64,000 bases of DNA, from positions 15,597-79,596 of the forward strand of contig JAVBKE010000023.1 in assembly GCA_031554185.1 (NCBI GenBank), written 5' to 3'. This document shows, piece after piece, positions 19,077 to 29,214 of the stretch. A program made the translations under genes and the position numbers. A model generated the notes under the pieces. The model saw only the letters and a list, made by a program, of their open reading frames with translations. It made no database searches and was not told the DNA's origin. The stretch is from Bacillales bacterium (GTDB lineage Bacteria > Bacillota > Bacilli > JARBTR01). Each line of letters starts with the position of its first letter. Position 1 is the stretch's first letter.

Positions 19077-19472
19077 CTAATCTTTTATCTCGATTATTTG
19101 AATTATTGCTCTAGGATTCTCTTTGTCTAATTGTCCTGTTGAAACTATTTCTGGAACTTGTTGCCAACAGTCGTCCTCTATAATTCCGACATCAACCAAT
19201 AGATCATTTATAGATTCTAGTTTGTTGCTTAAATCAGTTTTTCTATTGTCTGGTAAGTAAAAATCAACATGAATTCTTACGGGGCCAGGATGCATCTTTG
19301 GTTTTTGAAGAGAAATTTCTTCAACAGCGTATTTGTGCCATTCTTTAAACTTTTGAGAAGTAGAAATAAAAGGTTTCCCATTTCGATAAAAAATTGATTT
19401 TTGATTTTTCTTAGAAGGAATTCTTCCATGAATTGAATATAGCATAAAACGAACATACCATAATCGTGACAA
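19077..19472 (-). CDS. rusA: RusA-like Holliday junction resolvase
   Basis: PSKKNQK ... HVDFYLPD ... DLSNKLESINDLLVDVGIIEDD pattern matching RusA family; true start may be an internal Met. Confidence 0.5.
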   Translation of the reverse strand: MSRLWYVRFMLYSIHGRIPSKKNQKSIFYRNGKPFISTSQKFKEWHKYAVEEISLQKPKMHPGPVRIHVDFYLPDNRKTDLSNKLESINDLLVDVGIIEDDCWQQVPEIVSTGQLDKENPRAIIQIIEIKD

Positions 19473-19522
19473 AATAAAAAGGAGGTGACCTCTCGCAAAT
19501 TGGCCACCTCCCGGTTGGTTTT

Positions 19523-19795
19523 CTATTTTCCTAAAACATAAATTTCATAAATCTTGTTTACAAGTAAACTTTGATAAGCCAAGTAAGCTCGATTTTTTGT
19601 AACATTTTCAACATCATAATCAAAGATGTTTTTCAAATTTATTTTTGTAATCGTCCATTCAGAATTTTTTCCATCAGCTCTGTCGATTTTCTTTATTTCC
19701 ATAAAGATGTCTAGTGCGTCGTCAATAGTTTCGATAGGTTTTACTTTAACTTGTTCAACCATTCCAACAACTTTATCTACCTGATTCTTATTCAT
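19523..19795 (-). CDS. hypothetical protein
   Basis: 90-aa ORF. Confidence 0.4.
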   Translation of the reverse strand: MNKNQVDKVVGMVEQVKVKPIETIDDALDIFMEIKKIDRADGKNSEWTITKINLKNIFDYDVENVTKNRAYLAYQSLLVNKIYEIYVLGK

Positions 19796-19805
19796 GATCG
19801 TTTCC

Positions 19806-20078
19806 TTAAAATAGTTGGAATAACATTTTATTAATTTTTTCTAAGTACAAGTCTTTGTCTCCAACAATAAATGCAATATCGGTGCGTAGAAGATCCTGAA
19901 GTGAATTTGAATATTCAGCTAGATCAAATAAGTCATCATTTATCAATAGAGCGTATTTATCTTTGCTATCTTTGTGTTCAATAACTCGAACATTTGGATT
20001 GAAACCATTCTTTCGATATTCTTCGCATACTTTGTTGATAATTCTCGCAACTTGCTGATATTCGTATTTTGTATTCAT
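19806..20078 (-). CDS. hypothetical protein
   Basis: 90-aa ORF; operator-like site upstream at 20138. Confidence 0.4.
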   Translation of the reverse strand: MNTKYEYQQVARIINKVCEEYRKNGFNPNVRVIEHKDSKDKYALLINDDLFDLAEYSNSLQDLLRTDIAFIVGDKDLYLEKINKMLFQLF

Positions 20079-20137
20079 CGGAATCTCCTTTTTCGATAAA
20101 TTAATTTAACTTTATTATTATAATCCTATTGGCTATA

Positions 20138-20150
20138 AAAGTAAATACTA
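20138..20150. promoter_or_regulatory. operator-like palindrome variant AAAGTAAATACTA
   Basis: variant of the recurring inverted repeat. Confidence 0.3.
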
Positions 20151-20217
20151 TTTATTGATAAAGTCAAGATTATTTAGCACAGATATATCGAGATGGTTGT
20201 TTAACAACTCTTCTTAA

Positions 20218-20499
20218 TTAAAACCCGCCAGCAGCTTCTGGTGAATCCACAGAATGAATATCTTCTCTTCTGTCGAGAACTCTATTGACAGCTAAAACGA
20301 CAGACTCAGAATCGTTTAGGGCTTCGAGAGCATCTTCTTTTAGAGCAACAAGTTCTTCTGTCGGAAGAGATAATAATGTTTGTTCAAGATCCTCAACGGG
20401 CTGAAAGTATTTTTCAGTTTCTTCCGGAGTAAATAAGCTTTCTTGGTTTGGATTAGACATCTTTGTTTTCCTCAAACTCTTGTTGCGCAGGTTGTGCAA
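20218..20499 (-). CDS. hypothetical protein
   Basis: 93-aa ORF. Confidence 0.4.
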   Translation of the reverse strand: MHNLRNKSLRKTKMSNPNQESLFTPEETEKYFQPVEDLEQTLLSLPTEELVALKEDALEALNDSESVVLAVNRVLDRREDIHSVDSPEAAGGF

Positions 20500-20683
20500 A
20501 TGGTTTTACTTTAATGAGTGGTTGGACAAATGTTGAACTTGTAAAATCAGAATCATAACTCTTAACAACAATCAATTCTCCATAAGGTCCAAAACCTTCT
20601 TTGAATTTTTCGTCAACTAACTCTTTCAAACACTCTAAGTCTAATGACTCGGCGTAAAACACTTCTTCAAATTCTGTTTGCAT
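20453..20683 (-). CDS. hypothetical protein (first leftward gene)
   Basis: start moved to second ATG preceded by AAGGAG (revcomp of ctccttat at 20688-20695). Confidence 0.4.
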   Translation of the reverse strand: MQTEFEEVFYAESLDLECLKELVDEKFKEGFGPYGELIVVKSYDSDFTSSTFVQPLIKVKPFAQPAQQEFEENKDV

Positions 20684-20785
20684 GATTCTCCTTATTTTCA
20701 AATTAATAATACCATTCAATGTTCCAAAAGTAAAAGTTTTCTTTTTCTCTTGATTAGGATATAATCATATTTAATATAGGGAATG

Positions 20786-20811
20786 CTCTCTCTCTCTCTC
20801 TCTCTCTCTCT
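20786..20811. repeat. (CT)12-13 dinucleotide microsatellite in divergent intergenic region
   Basis: ctctctctctctctctctctctctc seen directly. Confidence 0.9.
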
Positions 20812-21336
20812 AATTAGCTGCGAGACTAGTTAAAGACTTGAGGCCTCCAGGAAATATAAGTTGTTGGAACTGTGTCTATAAATAGTTTTAGTCTTAACAA
20901 AGATATGTATGCCTGATATTGAAATTCTCTAATTTTGGTTTAGAATATTGAAAAGTATAAGAATAAGTAGATGTTAGTAGGAAAACCTATTAAAAACTCT
21001 GCAGTTATGTCTTATTTGAAGCGGTTCTTGCGATTATCTTTGTGATTATTGCATTTTCCCGCGAAATCAAATTCACGATATTTTTGTATGAATTATTCGA
21101 ATTGTTAAAGTCCAGCAAAGTTTTAGTTATTCTTTACATTTCCCGGTGGGCCTGCCACTGTACCCCGTGACCAGGGACTTGAGTTCAACTTAATCATCTC
21201 CTTTATTTTTAGTTCGTCCGATGATCCTCGAACTCTAGATAGCCTAGACGAACAAAGCTTATTATATCACCGTCGGAAACAAAGTACATATTTAAAGCCT
21301 TTACAATCCAAAAGTATGTGAGTACTATACTCTTAT

Positions 21337-21666
21337 ATGGGACAAATAGACAAACACACAAAAAAACGAGCTTTACTGATCGACGATTCTATCTTATTGA
21401 ATCCAATTGTCGAAGATTACATCTACTTATTGATCGATATCTGCGAATTGAGTAATTATTATGATTGTATTATCGTTGCAGAAAAAGAAAATATGCAAAA
21501 TGTAATTGAAAAACTTGATCACGAATGCTTAGTAGCAAGAGTGGTTCAAAAATATTCTCAATACGATCAGTTAAAAAATAAGTATCGATTTTTACTCGCG
21601 ATTTGTAATGAATCTGACAAACAAAAGGTTAAGCAATTCTATCGTTGCGAAGTTTTGACTAGATAA
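21337..21666 (+). CDS. hypothetical protein (first rightward gene)
   Basis: 109-aa ORF. Confidence 0.4.
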   Translation: MGQIDKHTKKRALLIDDSILLNPIVEDYIYLLIDICELSNYYDCIIVAEKENMQNVIEKLDHECLVARVVQKYSQYDQLKNKYRFLLAICNESDKQKVKQFYRCEVLTR

Positions 21667-21703
21667 TATTTACTTTTTACCTTTAAAAGAATATAATTCA
21701 TTC

Positions 21704-22306
21704 ATGGACAATGACAAGTTGAATGAAGCAATCTCTCAAACAAAAACTGGATTATCTACAGTAATAAAAGCGCTTAGAGAAACATCGAGTGAAAACAAGT
21801 CACTAAGAAGAGAGCTCGACAAACTAAAAAAAGCTTTTTCTTTGTGTCAAGAAGGAAATGACAAGAAAATTCGAGAATACGAACGACTTTTAGCAAAAAA
21901 TGGTTTGGAAACGAAGTCTCAGAAACAAAAAAGGTTTTATGAAAATTATCCAGATGTAATGGATAAAATTCTCGCAGTCAAAAAATCACTGAGAATTCAA
22001 TCAAGGTCAGCAAGTGATTTTACAAATCGAAACAATATTATCAACAGGGTTTTGAATGATATCGAAGTAGATAATTTTTACACGAAAAAACAATTAGTGG
22101 CATACTTAGATGTTTTAGAAAATCTTGATATCAAAAAAGTTGACTCAGAGACAAGAAAATTCATGCCATCATTTAATGTTGATATTGATATTTTAAATAA
22201 ATATAATCAAACGAAGAAATTTTTAGAACGAGCAGAGGTTATTAAAAATGGAAAAATTAACAAAGAAAAGTTTTATAAAAATTCTTATAATTCAGGCGAA
22301 AAATGA
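21704..22306 (+). CDS. hypothetical coiled-coil protein
   Basis: 200-aa ORF. Confidence 0.45.
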   Translation: MDNDKLNEAISQTKTGLSTVIKALRETSSENKSLRRELDKLKKAFSLCQEGNDKKIREYERLLAKNGLETKSQKQKRFYENYPDVMDKILAVKKSLRIQSRSASDFTNRNNIINRVLNDIEVDNFYTKKQLVAYLDVLENLDIKKVDSETRKFMPSFNVDIDILNKYNQTKKFLERAEVIKNGKINKEKFYKNSYNSGEK

Positions 22307-22361
22307 TTTACATAATCACTATAAAGTGATAAAATAAAAACATAGAAGAGGGGGTGACAAA

Positions 22362-23183
22362 ATGAAATCGAGTTATTCGATTACGACTTTTCAGAAGTAC
22401 AAAACAAAAGCAAAAATACTTGAAAAAAAGTTTAATGTCACTGACCTTTATAAGTTCGAAGATCAAAGAATCAATGAATATCTTGGTGGAGGTTTTGGTC
22501 GAGAAAACGGATATGAGTCAATTTTGATTTATGGAGACACTGGTATCGGTAAATCTGTTTTGACACTTAATATGATTGCAGCAGCGATGAAACAAGGTAA
22601 AACAGTTGGAATGATGATCCTTGAAGATGACATGGCAGATGTTTACAACCGTTTGAAAAAAATAATTCCAGGAAGCGATATTGATAGCTCTCAACATATT
22701 ATTCTTTCAGATGATGAATTAGAAAAAGTATTCACACTCGATGATGTCTGTGAAATGATGAAAATCTGGTTTAAAGACTTAAAAGCAGACATTATATTTC
22801 TTGACCACTTACAATTTCTTTTTGAGGCTGCTTCAAGTGAATCAAAAAACGCACAATGGAATGAGCAGAGAATGTTTATGAGACAATTGATGCCAATTTT
22901 AAAGAAGTTGAATAAAACAATAGTTATCGTAAGTCACATTAATAAATCAAAAGAAGATGGAATGGCTCAAATTATGGGCTCATCAGGTATTTATCAATCT
23001 GCAACAAAAGTTATAGAACTTAGAGTTAATGATGATCAAGAAGAATTAGTTTTAAGAAAATCTCGATTTACAAAAAAGAAAAACGGCGGACTTGATTCAC
23101 TTCCTGTTAAATTAAGCGACTTTAAATTGACAGTTGACGACAAAAGAAAAGAAGAAAGTGGATCAAATGAATCCGACATCTGA
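22362..23183 (+). CDS. RecA-like recombination ATPase (Sak4-like / DnaB C-terminal-like)
   Basis: Walker A YGDTGIGKS, Walker B IIFLDH; RBS GGGGG upstream; adjacent to SSB. Confidence 0.55.
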   Translation: MKSSYSITTFQKYKTKAKILEKKFNVTDLYKFEDQRINEYLGGGFGRENGYESILIYGDTGIGKSVLTLNMIAAAMKQGKTVGMMILEDDMADVYNRLKKIIPGSDIDSSQHIILSDDELEKVFTLDDVCEMMKIWFKDLKADIIFLDHLQFLFEAASSESKNAQWNEQRMFMRQLMPILKKLNKTIVIVSHINKSKEDGMAQIMGSSGIYQSATKVIELRVNDDQEELVLRKSRFTKKKNGGLDSLPVKLSDFKLTVDDKRKEESGSNESDI

Positions 23184-23541
23184 TTACAACGGTCTGGAAT
23201 TAAATGAGCCAATAATTTTTGTTGACAATAAACAAAGGCTCGAAGCAATTAAGTCTAGATACAGTGTCTATATGTTTTCAGATGATAAAGAAAAAATTAA
23301 ATCATTTGAAGAATGGTGCATAAAGCACAACAAAATAATCGTCTATGTTCACAGAGAGGGCGAAGATGTTTTTGAAGGATCAAAACTAGTTAGATTTGAA
23401 TTTATTTATGATTCAGAATCTTTGGATGAATTTTTATTATCTGAAAGCAGAACAGATTTAGATGAAATAGTCGAAGATAAAGCACCAAGGCTATTAAGAG
23501 AAAGACAATTTGAAGAAAAGAAAATTAAATTACTCGACTGA
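23134..23541 (+). CDS. hypothetical protein
   Basis: 135-aa ORF overlapping upstream gene end. Confidence 0.4.
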   Translation: MTTKEKKKVDQMNPTSDYNGLELNEPIIFVDNKQRLEAIKSRYSVYMFSDDKEKIKSFEEWCIKHNKIIVYVHREGEDVFEGSKLVRFEFIYDSESLDEFLLSESRTDLDEIVEDKAPRLLRERQFEEKKIKLLD

Positions 23542-23596
23542 TTTACTTTTTATTTATTTTTTGGTATGATGAGGTTAGAAAAATCAAGGAGGAAAA

Positions 23597-23998
23597 ATGG
23601 CGTCACTAAATAAAGTTATATTGACAGGAAATCTTGCAAAAGATATGGAAGTATCTGCTTCAGGAAAATCGGGTCGATTGACTATCGCTCAAAATATTTG
23701 GGATGGACAAGAAGACAAGGCAAACTTCTTCAATGTTATGTTGCTTGGAGAAAAAACTATCGATCGTGCTAAAAAGATCTTGAATAAAGGTGCGAATATT
23801 ACAATCGATGGTTCGATTGAGAACAACAATTGGGAAGACAAAGATGGAAACAAGCATTATGATCTTTCTATTAAGACTTTTGACTTTTTTGTAAATCGTC
23901 TTCCAAATAGAGATGAAACTCAGCATGGGGTAAGTGAGTCGTCTCCAAAAGAAGAAATCAACGACGATCCTATTGACCTTAGCGACATTCCTTTCTAA
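23597..23998 (+). CDS. ssb: single-stranded DNA-binding protein
   Basis: OB-fold-like N-term MASLNKVILTGNL..., acidic C-terminal tail DDPIDLSDIPF; AGGAGG RBS. Confidence 0.75.
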   Translation: MASLNKVILTGNLAKDMEVSASGKSGRLTIAQNIWDGQEDKANFFNVMLLGEKTIDRAKKILNKGANITIDGSIENNNWEDKDGNKHYDLSIKTFDFFVNRLPNRDETQHGVSESSPKEEINDDPIDLSDIPF

Positions 23999-24008
23999 GG
24001 TGTAAACA

Positions 24009-24437
24009 ATGGAAAACATTGACACTCTTCTTGAAAACACAAGAAAGCTTGGAAAATATGATGTTGACCAACTTGAAAGATTGTTGACTGTTTTGCCATA
24101 TAAAATACAAGAGGTCGAGCAAGATGCGATCACCCTACAAGATAAATATGAAGAGTCAGAGCACTTTAGAAAAATAACTGAAGCTGATTTTAAGTTGAAG
24201 TCTATCGAATTAAAAAATCGAAAAGAACTTACTAGTGAGGGTGATCGATCTGCCTGGACTCAAATGAGACCAGAAGTTCAAGTTGCACAAAGAGCAGAAA
24301 GAGAAGCAAAGAAAAAATATCGACTTTGCCTAGCTCTATTGGATCGATATAAGAATCAATTTGTTGCAGTAAGAAAATTCGCATCAATGGTTAACGATAC
24401 AGACAACGCTATTGGAATGTCTCAAAAATATCTATAA
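24009..24437 (+). CDS. hypothetical coiled-coil protein
   Basis: 142-aa ORF. Confidence 0.4.
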   Translation: MENIDTLLENTRKLGKYDVDQLERLLTVLPYKIQEVEQDAITLQDKYEESEHFRKITEADFKLKSIELKNRKELTSEGDRSAWTQMRPEVQVAQRAEREAKKKYRLCLALLDRYKNQFVAVRKFASMVNDTDNAIGMSQKYL

Positions 24438-24462
24438 ATTAATTTGAAAAGAAAAATGTCGC

Positions 24463-25068
24463 ATGAAGAAAGTCGGAAAATTATCGATTTACGATGATAT
24501 TACACAGAAATCTCCTGAATGGCTGAAGCTTCGAGAAAACAAAGTTACATGTACTGGAATTCATTCTCTTTTGAATAAAGGATTTGAAGCTACAATCAAA
24601 AACAACAAGCCATCGAAATATGGAAATTGGACGTCTCCTTCAATGAAACGAGGAAATGATCTAGAGCCTTTTGCTAGAATGATGTTTGAAAAAAAGATGG
24701 GACTTCCTGTAGAAGAAGTTGGATTTTTGGTCAATGATGATTATCCTAATCTTGGTTATTCTCCAGATGGAGTTCATTTTACCGGTGATCCAGAAATGCC
24801 AGTTGACTACTTGATAGAAATTAAGTGTTTTATGTTTAAACATCACGAGCAAGTGTTGAAAGAAATCGATGAATCAATTATTTGTCAAATCCAAGGAGGA
24901 CTTTTGGTCACAGGTGCTCCATATGGATTTTTTGTTGCATACAACCCTGATTATATGGATGAAACAAAGACCGATGATGGAAAAAGGCATCCAGAAAAAG
25001 CTCTTTATATCAAGAAAATCTACTCTAGTGAAAAATATCATGATGCTATTCGTAAAAAATTAAAGTAA
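24463..25068 (+). CDS. PD-(D/E)xK exonuclease (YqaJ / lambda-exo-like)
   Basis: YSPDGV...LIEIKC (D...ExK) motif. Confidence 0.55.
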   Translation: MKKVGKLSIYDDITQKSPEWLKLRENKVTCTGIHSLLNKGFEATIKNNKPSKYGNWTSPSMKRGNDLEPFARMMFEKKMGLPVEEVGFLVNDDYPNLGYSPDGVHFTGDPEMPVDYLIEIKCFMFKHHEQVLKEIDESIICQIQGGLLVTGAPYGFFVAYNPDYMDETKTDDGKRHPEKALYIKKIYSSEKYHDAIRKKLK

Positions 25069-25070
25069 TT

Positions 25071-25084
25071 ATAGTATTTACTTT
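25071..25084. promoter_or_regulatory. operator-like palindrome ATAGTATTTACTTT
   Basis: inverted-repeat motif before the 25125 gene. Confidence 0.35.
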
Positions 25085-25124
25085 TTTCCCTTACCATTAT
25101 ATAATGAATACATGGAGGAAAATA

Positions 25125-25646
25125 ATGACTAGAGGATTTAAAATATCTAAAGAGACATCTGAAAAACTCGAAAAAGGTTTGTCAGTTCAAGAAAAAACGA
25201 ACTTAAAGCTTCGAAAGATCGAAGATTACCTTGAAAATAAGAAGCCAGAAAAAAGGGTGACTCAAAATGATTTAGCAAAAGTTGCTGGATATGATATGAG
25301 TAATTTTGGATCTAATAGTTATATGAGTGGTCGAGCTTTTATTTCTTACCACATAAAGAAATCTGGAAAGATCAAAGAAATTGAGTCTTTTGAAGGTGGA
25401 AAACCATTTATCGATTATTACATTGACATCGAAAACAAAGTAAAGCCAAGGAAATTCAAAGTTCCAGTCAGAGATTCTCCTTCATTTAAATTAGTTGATA
25501 GTAGAGAAAAATCTCCGAAAGAAGTCGAAATGTTTTCAATGACATTTATCATCGATGGGGTAACATACGCAGCTGAAAATATCAATAGTAAAGAGAAGAC
25601 ATCTATCAAAGAACTTAAAAAGATATTTGAAAGGATTGTAGAATAA
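25125..25646 (+). CDS. hypothetical protein
   Basis: start moved to ATG 25125 (GGAGGA RBS 5 nt upstream). Confidence 0.45.
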   Translation: MTRGFKISKETSEKLEKGLSVQEKTNLKLRKIEDYLENKKPEKRVTQNDLAKVAGYDMSNFGSNSYMSGRAFISYHIKKSGKIKEIESFEGGKPFIDYYIDIENKVKPRKFKVPVRDSPSFKLVDSREKSPKEVEMFSMTFIIDGVTYAAENINSKEKTSIKELKKIFERIVE

Positions 25647-26101
25647 TGCGAAAAATTAAAAGTGACGAAGAACTTCAAGAGTCCGCATTGTTTGCAGAGA
25701 AAGAGAAATACGAGCTTAAAATAAAAGCTCAGGAACTTGAAAGTGTAATTCAGCAAAAAGCAATTCGAGAGTACAAAGAGTTAAAGAAAATTCAGAAGCA
25801 ACTTCAAGAAATCGACGTGGATTTCAAAGAAAAAGCAATGAAGTTCATGGTTGAAAACGATATCGTCACATCTGAAGGAAAAGCTGGAAAGATTACTCGA
25901 GTTATTCGGAATACATACAAGGTTGTCGATGATTCAAAACTTCCGAAAGAATACAAGGGTGTTGAAATGTTGAAAAAGTCATATGATCAAAAAATGAAAG
26001 AGATCAAGAAAGATTTTGAGATGTTTGAAAAACCAGTTCCTGGAATCGAACGATCACAGACAGAATTCTTGAAAATAACTCTAAAGAAAGAGGAAGAATG
26101 A
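25646..26101 (+). CDS. hypothetical coiled-coil protein
   Basis: 151-aa ORF. Confidence 0.4.
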   Translation: MRKIKSDEELQESALFAEKEKYELKIKAQELESVIQQKAIREYKELKKIQKQLQEIDVDFKEKAMKFMVENDIVTSEGKAGKITRVIRNTYKVVDDSKLPKEYKGVEMLKKSYDQKMKEIKKDFEMFEKPVPGIERSQTEFLKITLKKEEE

Positions 26102-26844
26102 GCTTAAGCAAAAATATAGTATCTCAGTTAAACAAATACTTTGAATCTGATACTTTTGAAGATAGGAATTCAGCTGAGAAATCTTTTAAAGCTTTTAAGC
26201 TTTATTTAAATGATCCATCATCAAAGATTCCGTCAAAAGAAGCACAATACTACTATCAAGACTGGAAGAAGTTTCATAATCTCAAGATTCAGCTTGATGG
26301 TAAAGAGTGTTATTACACAGGAAGTAGGATTACTCCTTCGTACATTGGATTGAAAAACTCTGTTTTACGAATTTATCCTAAGGCGAATATCGATATTCAA
26401 ATCGTCTATGATGGGGATAAGTTCGAATACGGGAAAACAGATAAAGGAATAAAGTACGTTTTTCAGTCAGCTGATCCATTTTCTAGAAAAGAAATGGTTG
26501 GAACATTTGGTTATATTTCAACAAATGACGGATCTGGGCAAGAAGTTCTTGAGACACTAAATACAGAAGAAATTGATTCTATCAGAAAACTTGCTCAAAC
26601 TGACATGTTCTGGAAAAGGTGGGAAACAGAAAGTATCAAAAAATCTATTCTAAAAAGAGTCACAACACGACTCAGAGACGATGATCGAGAATTCTCTGAA
26701 TTAGTTCAAATTGATAATGAAGTCGTTAACGGAGATTTATTAGAAATTGGAAGTGCTCCAGGATCGATGCCAGAAAAATCAGAAAATGAAATTTTAAATA
26801 ACTCAGTGGTGGAGGAAGGCGAACAAGGAGATGGCGAGAACTAG
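26098..26844 (+). CDS. hypothetical protein
   Basis: 248-aa ORF. Confidence 0.45.
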   Translation: MSLSKNIVSQLNKYFESDTFEDRNSAEKSFKAFKLYLNDPSSKIPSKEAQYYYQDWKKFHNLKIQLDGKECYYTGSRITPSYIGLKNSVLRIYPKANIDIQIVYDGDKFEYGKTDKGIKYVFQSADPFSRKEMVGTFGYISTNDGSGQEVLETLNTEEIDSIRKLAQTDMFWKRWETESIKKSILKRVTTRLRDDDREFSELVQIDNEVVNGDLLEIGSAPGSMPEKSENEILNNSVVEEGEQGDGEN

Positions 26845-26940
26845 AAAAACAGTCACAATAAGTATGAATGAGGAAATCTTTTACATTTTAAAAGATAAGA
26901 ATATAAAAGTGTCAACATTGATTAATCAACTTCTTCAAGA

Positions 26941-27285
26941 GTGGTTGAAAAAAGAAGAAAAGAAATGATGAACACAGAAGATTTTGAGAAAAATGTTGAT
27001 GAATTCTTGACTCATATGAGAGAAATCTTAATTTCCAAGAACAAAGAATATTCTGAAGATGGTGTAAATAGACTTCATAACTTTGAAAGAGGAGCATCTG
27101 TTGCAGGGTGCTCTCCGTTAGAAATAGCTCAGTCGTGGAAAACAAAACATTCTGTAAGCATCTCGGATATGTGTTCATCTGGAAAAGTATACTCAAAAGA
27201 AAAATGGTTTGAGAAGCTTGGAGATGAAGCAATCTATGACATTCTCTTATATTGTATTGCAATTGGATATAAAAAAGCAAACTAA
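26941..27285 (+). CDS. hypothetical protein
   Basis: 114-aa ORF. Confidence 0.4.
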   Translation: MVEKRRKEMMNTEDFEKNVDEFLTHMREILISKNKEYSEDGVNRLHNFERGASVAGCSPLEIAQSWKTKHSVSISDMCSSGKVYSKEKWFEKLGDEAIYDILLYCIAIGYKKAN

Positions 27286-27299
27286 AAAGTATTTACTTT
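27286..27299. promoter_or_regulatory. operator-like palindrome AAAGTATTTACTTT
   Basis: inverted-repeat motif followed by tatataat. Confidence 0.4.
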
Positions 27300-27345
27300 T
27301 TTATAAACAAGATATATAATATAAACATAACCAATGGAGGAAAAT

Positions 27346-28107
27346 ATGAACGATAAGTCAGAGTTTAACACTCTTAAAGAAAAACTTGAAAAAAGTACTA
27401 GTGACGAAAAAGAGATGCTAGACCTTCAGAAAGTTAGTGACGGAGATATTATAAGGTTTGATCTTAAGAAAAAAGGTGCACTTGGAAAACTTAAAGACAA
27501 GTTTGGCAAGAACAAGGGGAAAGGTTCTTCTGACGGTTTTCAAAACTTTGAAATTGACGAAGACCTTGTGAAAAAAGGTATCAAAATGGAGTTTGTAGAA
27601 GACAAATCGGCGTTTTGGGTTAACCTTAAATTAACGCAAAATGATAACCCATTTGATGAATCTTACCAGGTCAAACTTTCGAACGATAAAGATGGAAATC
27701 AGTTGTTGGGCGAATATCAAAAACCTTTTAGAGAAAGTCAATCGATTTATCTTCCACACGCAGTAATCTCGTTGATCAAACTAAAAAATTCATCAATCAA
27801 GATGACTGTTGAAGCCATTGGAACATCTCTGATAAAACCTGCATACACAACTATCACAAGTGAACAATTTGAAGGGAAAGAAATAGTCATTGGATATTCT
27901 GATAAAGGAATGGACTATATCGAAAGAGCAGATGGTAAAGAAAATTATGTAATTGTAGATGCAAGGTCTCCAAAAGAAGATGATAAAACATTTATTCTAT
28001 CAAGTGTAACGACCCCTTCATTTTATCGTGGAGGAAACGAACCGTTGATTTGTTTCGATTGTGAGAAAGTTAAGTTCATTTCTATAGAAGAACTGGAGGA
28101 AAATTAA
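27346..28107 (+). CDS. hypothetical protein
   Basis: start at ATG 27346 after GGAGG RBS. Confidence 0.45.
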   Translation: MNDKSEFNTLKEKLEKSTSDEKEMLDLQKVSDGDIIRFDLKKKGALGKLKDKFGKNKGKGSSDGFQNFEIDEDLVKKGIKMEFVEDKSAFWVNLKLTQNDNPFDESYQVKLSNDKDGNQLLGEYQKPFRESQSIYLPHAVISLIKLKNSSIKMTVEAIGTSLIKPAYTTITSEQFEGKEIVIGYSDKGMDYIERADGKENYVIVDARSPKEDDKTFILSSVTTPSFYRGGNEPLICFDCEKVKFISIEELEEN

Positions 28108-28949
28108 TGCCTTTAAGTTTTGATAAATCCTTCGGAGAGGTTGAATATCGAAAAAGCATCGAAAAGATGAAAATCGAATTCAAACATAAAAGAATAGAAC
28201 TTGAAGAGATAGCGAAAACAAAGATTAGAATCGAACTTAATTTTGAAGGAAAAAATCTTTCCTCTCTTAACGAAAAACAGCACCAAAAATTCGAACAAGT
28301 TTTCACTGTTTTGTCTGGAAAGATGAACGCATTCCTTTATGGTCCTGCAGGATCAGGAAAATCATACATCGCTCAACAAGTAGCCGAAACAATTAAAGTT
28401 CCTTATTACGCTATCTCAGTTTGTTACCAGACTTCGATATCTACATTAATGGGATATATGGACGCTAATGGAAAATATATCAGGTCTCTTTTGAGAGAAG
28501 CATATGAAAATGGTGGAGTATTTTGTATCGACGAAATCGATGCAGGAAATCAAAATGTCATTATGTGTCTAAATGCAATTACAAACAATGAAACAGTAGC
28601 ATTTCCAGACAAAATGGTGAAAAAGCATAAAGACTTTATATGTGTTGCTACAGCAAATACTGCGGGGACTGGAAACGACTTGCAATATGTTGGAAGGGAA
28701 AGGATTGATGCTTCGACTCTATCAAGATTTGTAAAACTAAAAATCGACTACGACCTAGATCTTGAGAAATCTCTTATTGATAAAAGTGAACATAAAGATG
28801 CGATCATCGAATTCATTTTGAAGAAAAGAAGGAATGTTAATCGAGATTCAAACAACCTGTTTACTCCTAGGCAAACTGTCTTTGCAGCAAAATTAGCTGA
28901 AACTATGGGACTTGATGAAGCTCTAAAGGTTATCGAAGGGGAATTGTGA
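28107..28949 (+). CDS. AAA+ ATPase (MoxR/CobS-like, AAA_5 type)
   Basis: Walker A LYGPAGSGKSY, Walker B VFCIDEIDAG, sensor region TANTAGTG; GGAGG RBS. Confidence 0.7.
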   Translation: MPLSFDKSFGEVEYRKSIEKMKIEFKHKRIELEEIAKTKIRIELNFEGKNLSSLNEKQHQKFEQVFTVLSGKMNAFLYGPAGSGKSYIAQQVAETIKVPYYAISVCYQTSISTLMGYMDANGKYIRSLLREAYENGGVFCIDEIDAGNQNVIMCLNAITNNETVAFPDKMVKKHKDFICVATANTAGTGNDLQYVGRERIDASTLSRFVKLKIDYDLDLEKSLIDKSEHKDAIIEFILKKRRNVNRDSNNLFTPRQTVFAAKLAETMGLDEALKVIEGEL

Positions 28950-28950
28950 G

Positions 28951-29214
28951 ATGGCGGCTGGACCATTTGACGGACTAGATTACGATATTACATTTGACAG
29001 CTCTAGTCTTGATCGATTGAAAGAATCAATGGTTCATCTCCCATCTTTTTCAAGTTTCGGAACTGATTGGTCTATCTCTTTTGGAACTCCTGAAACGGAA
29101 GAAGAATCTAGAGTTCGAAGAGTTATTAAAGAGACTGAAAGATCTGTAACTCAGCACATAGAAAGAACAGAAAAATCATGGCTGAAATCAGTTAACGAGA
29201 GCCAAGATGAATAA
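28951..29214 (+). CDS. hypothetical small acidic protein
   Basis: 87-aa ORF. Confidence 0.35.
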   Translation: MAAGPFDGLDYDITFDSSSLDRLKESMVHLPSFSSFGTDWSISFGTPETEEESRVRRVIKETERSVTQHIERTEKSWLKSVNESQDE

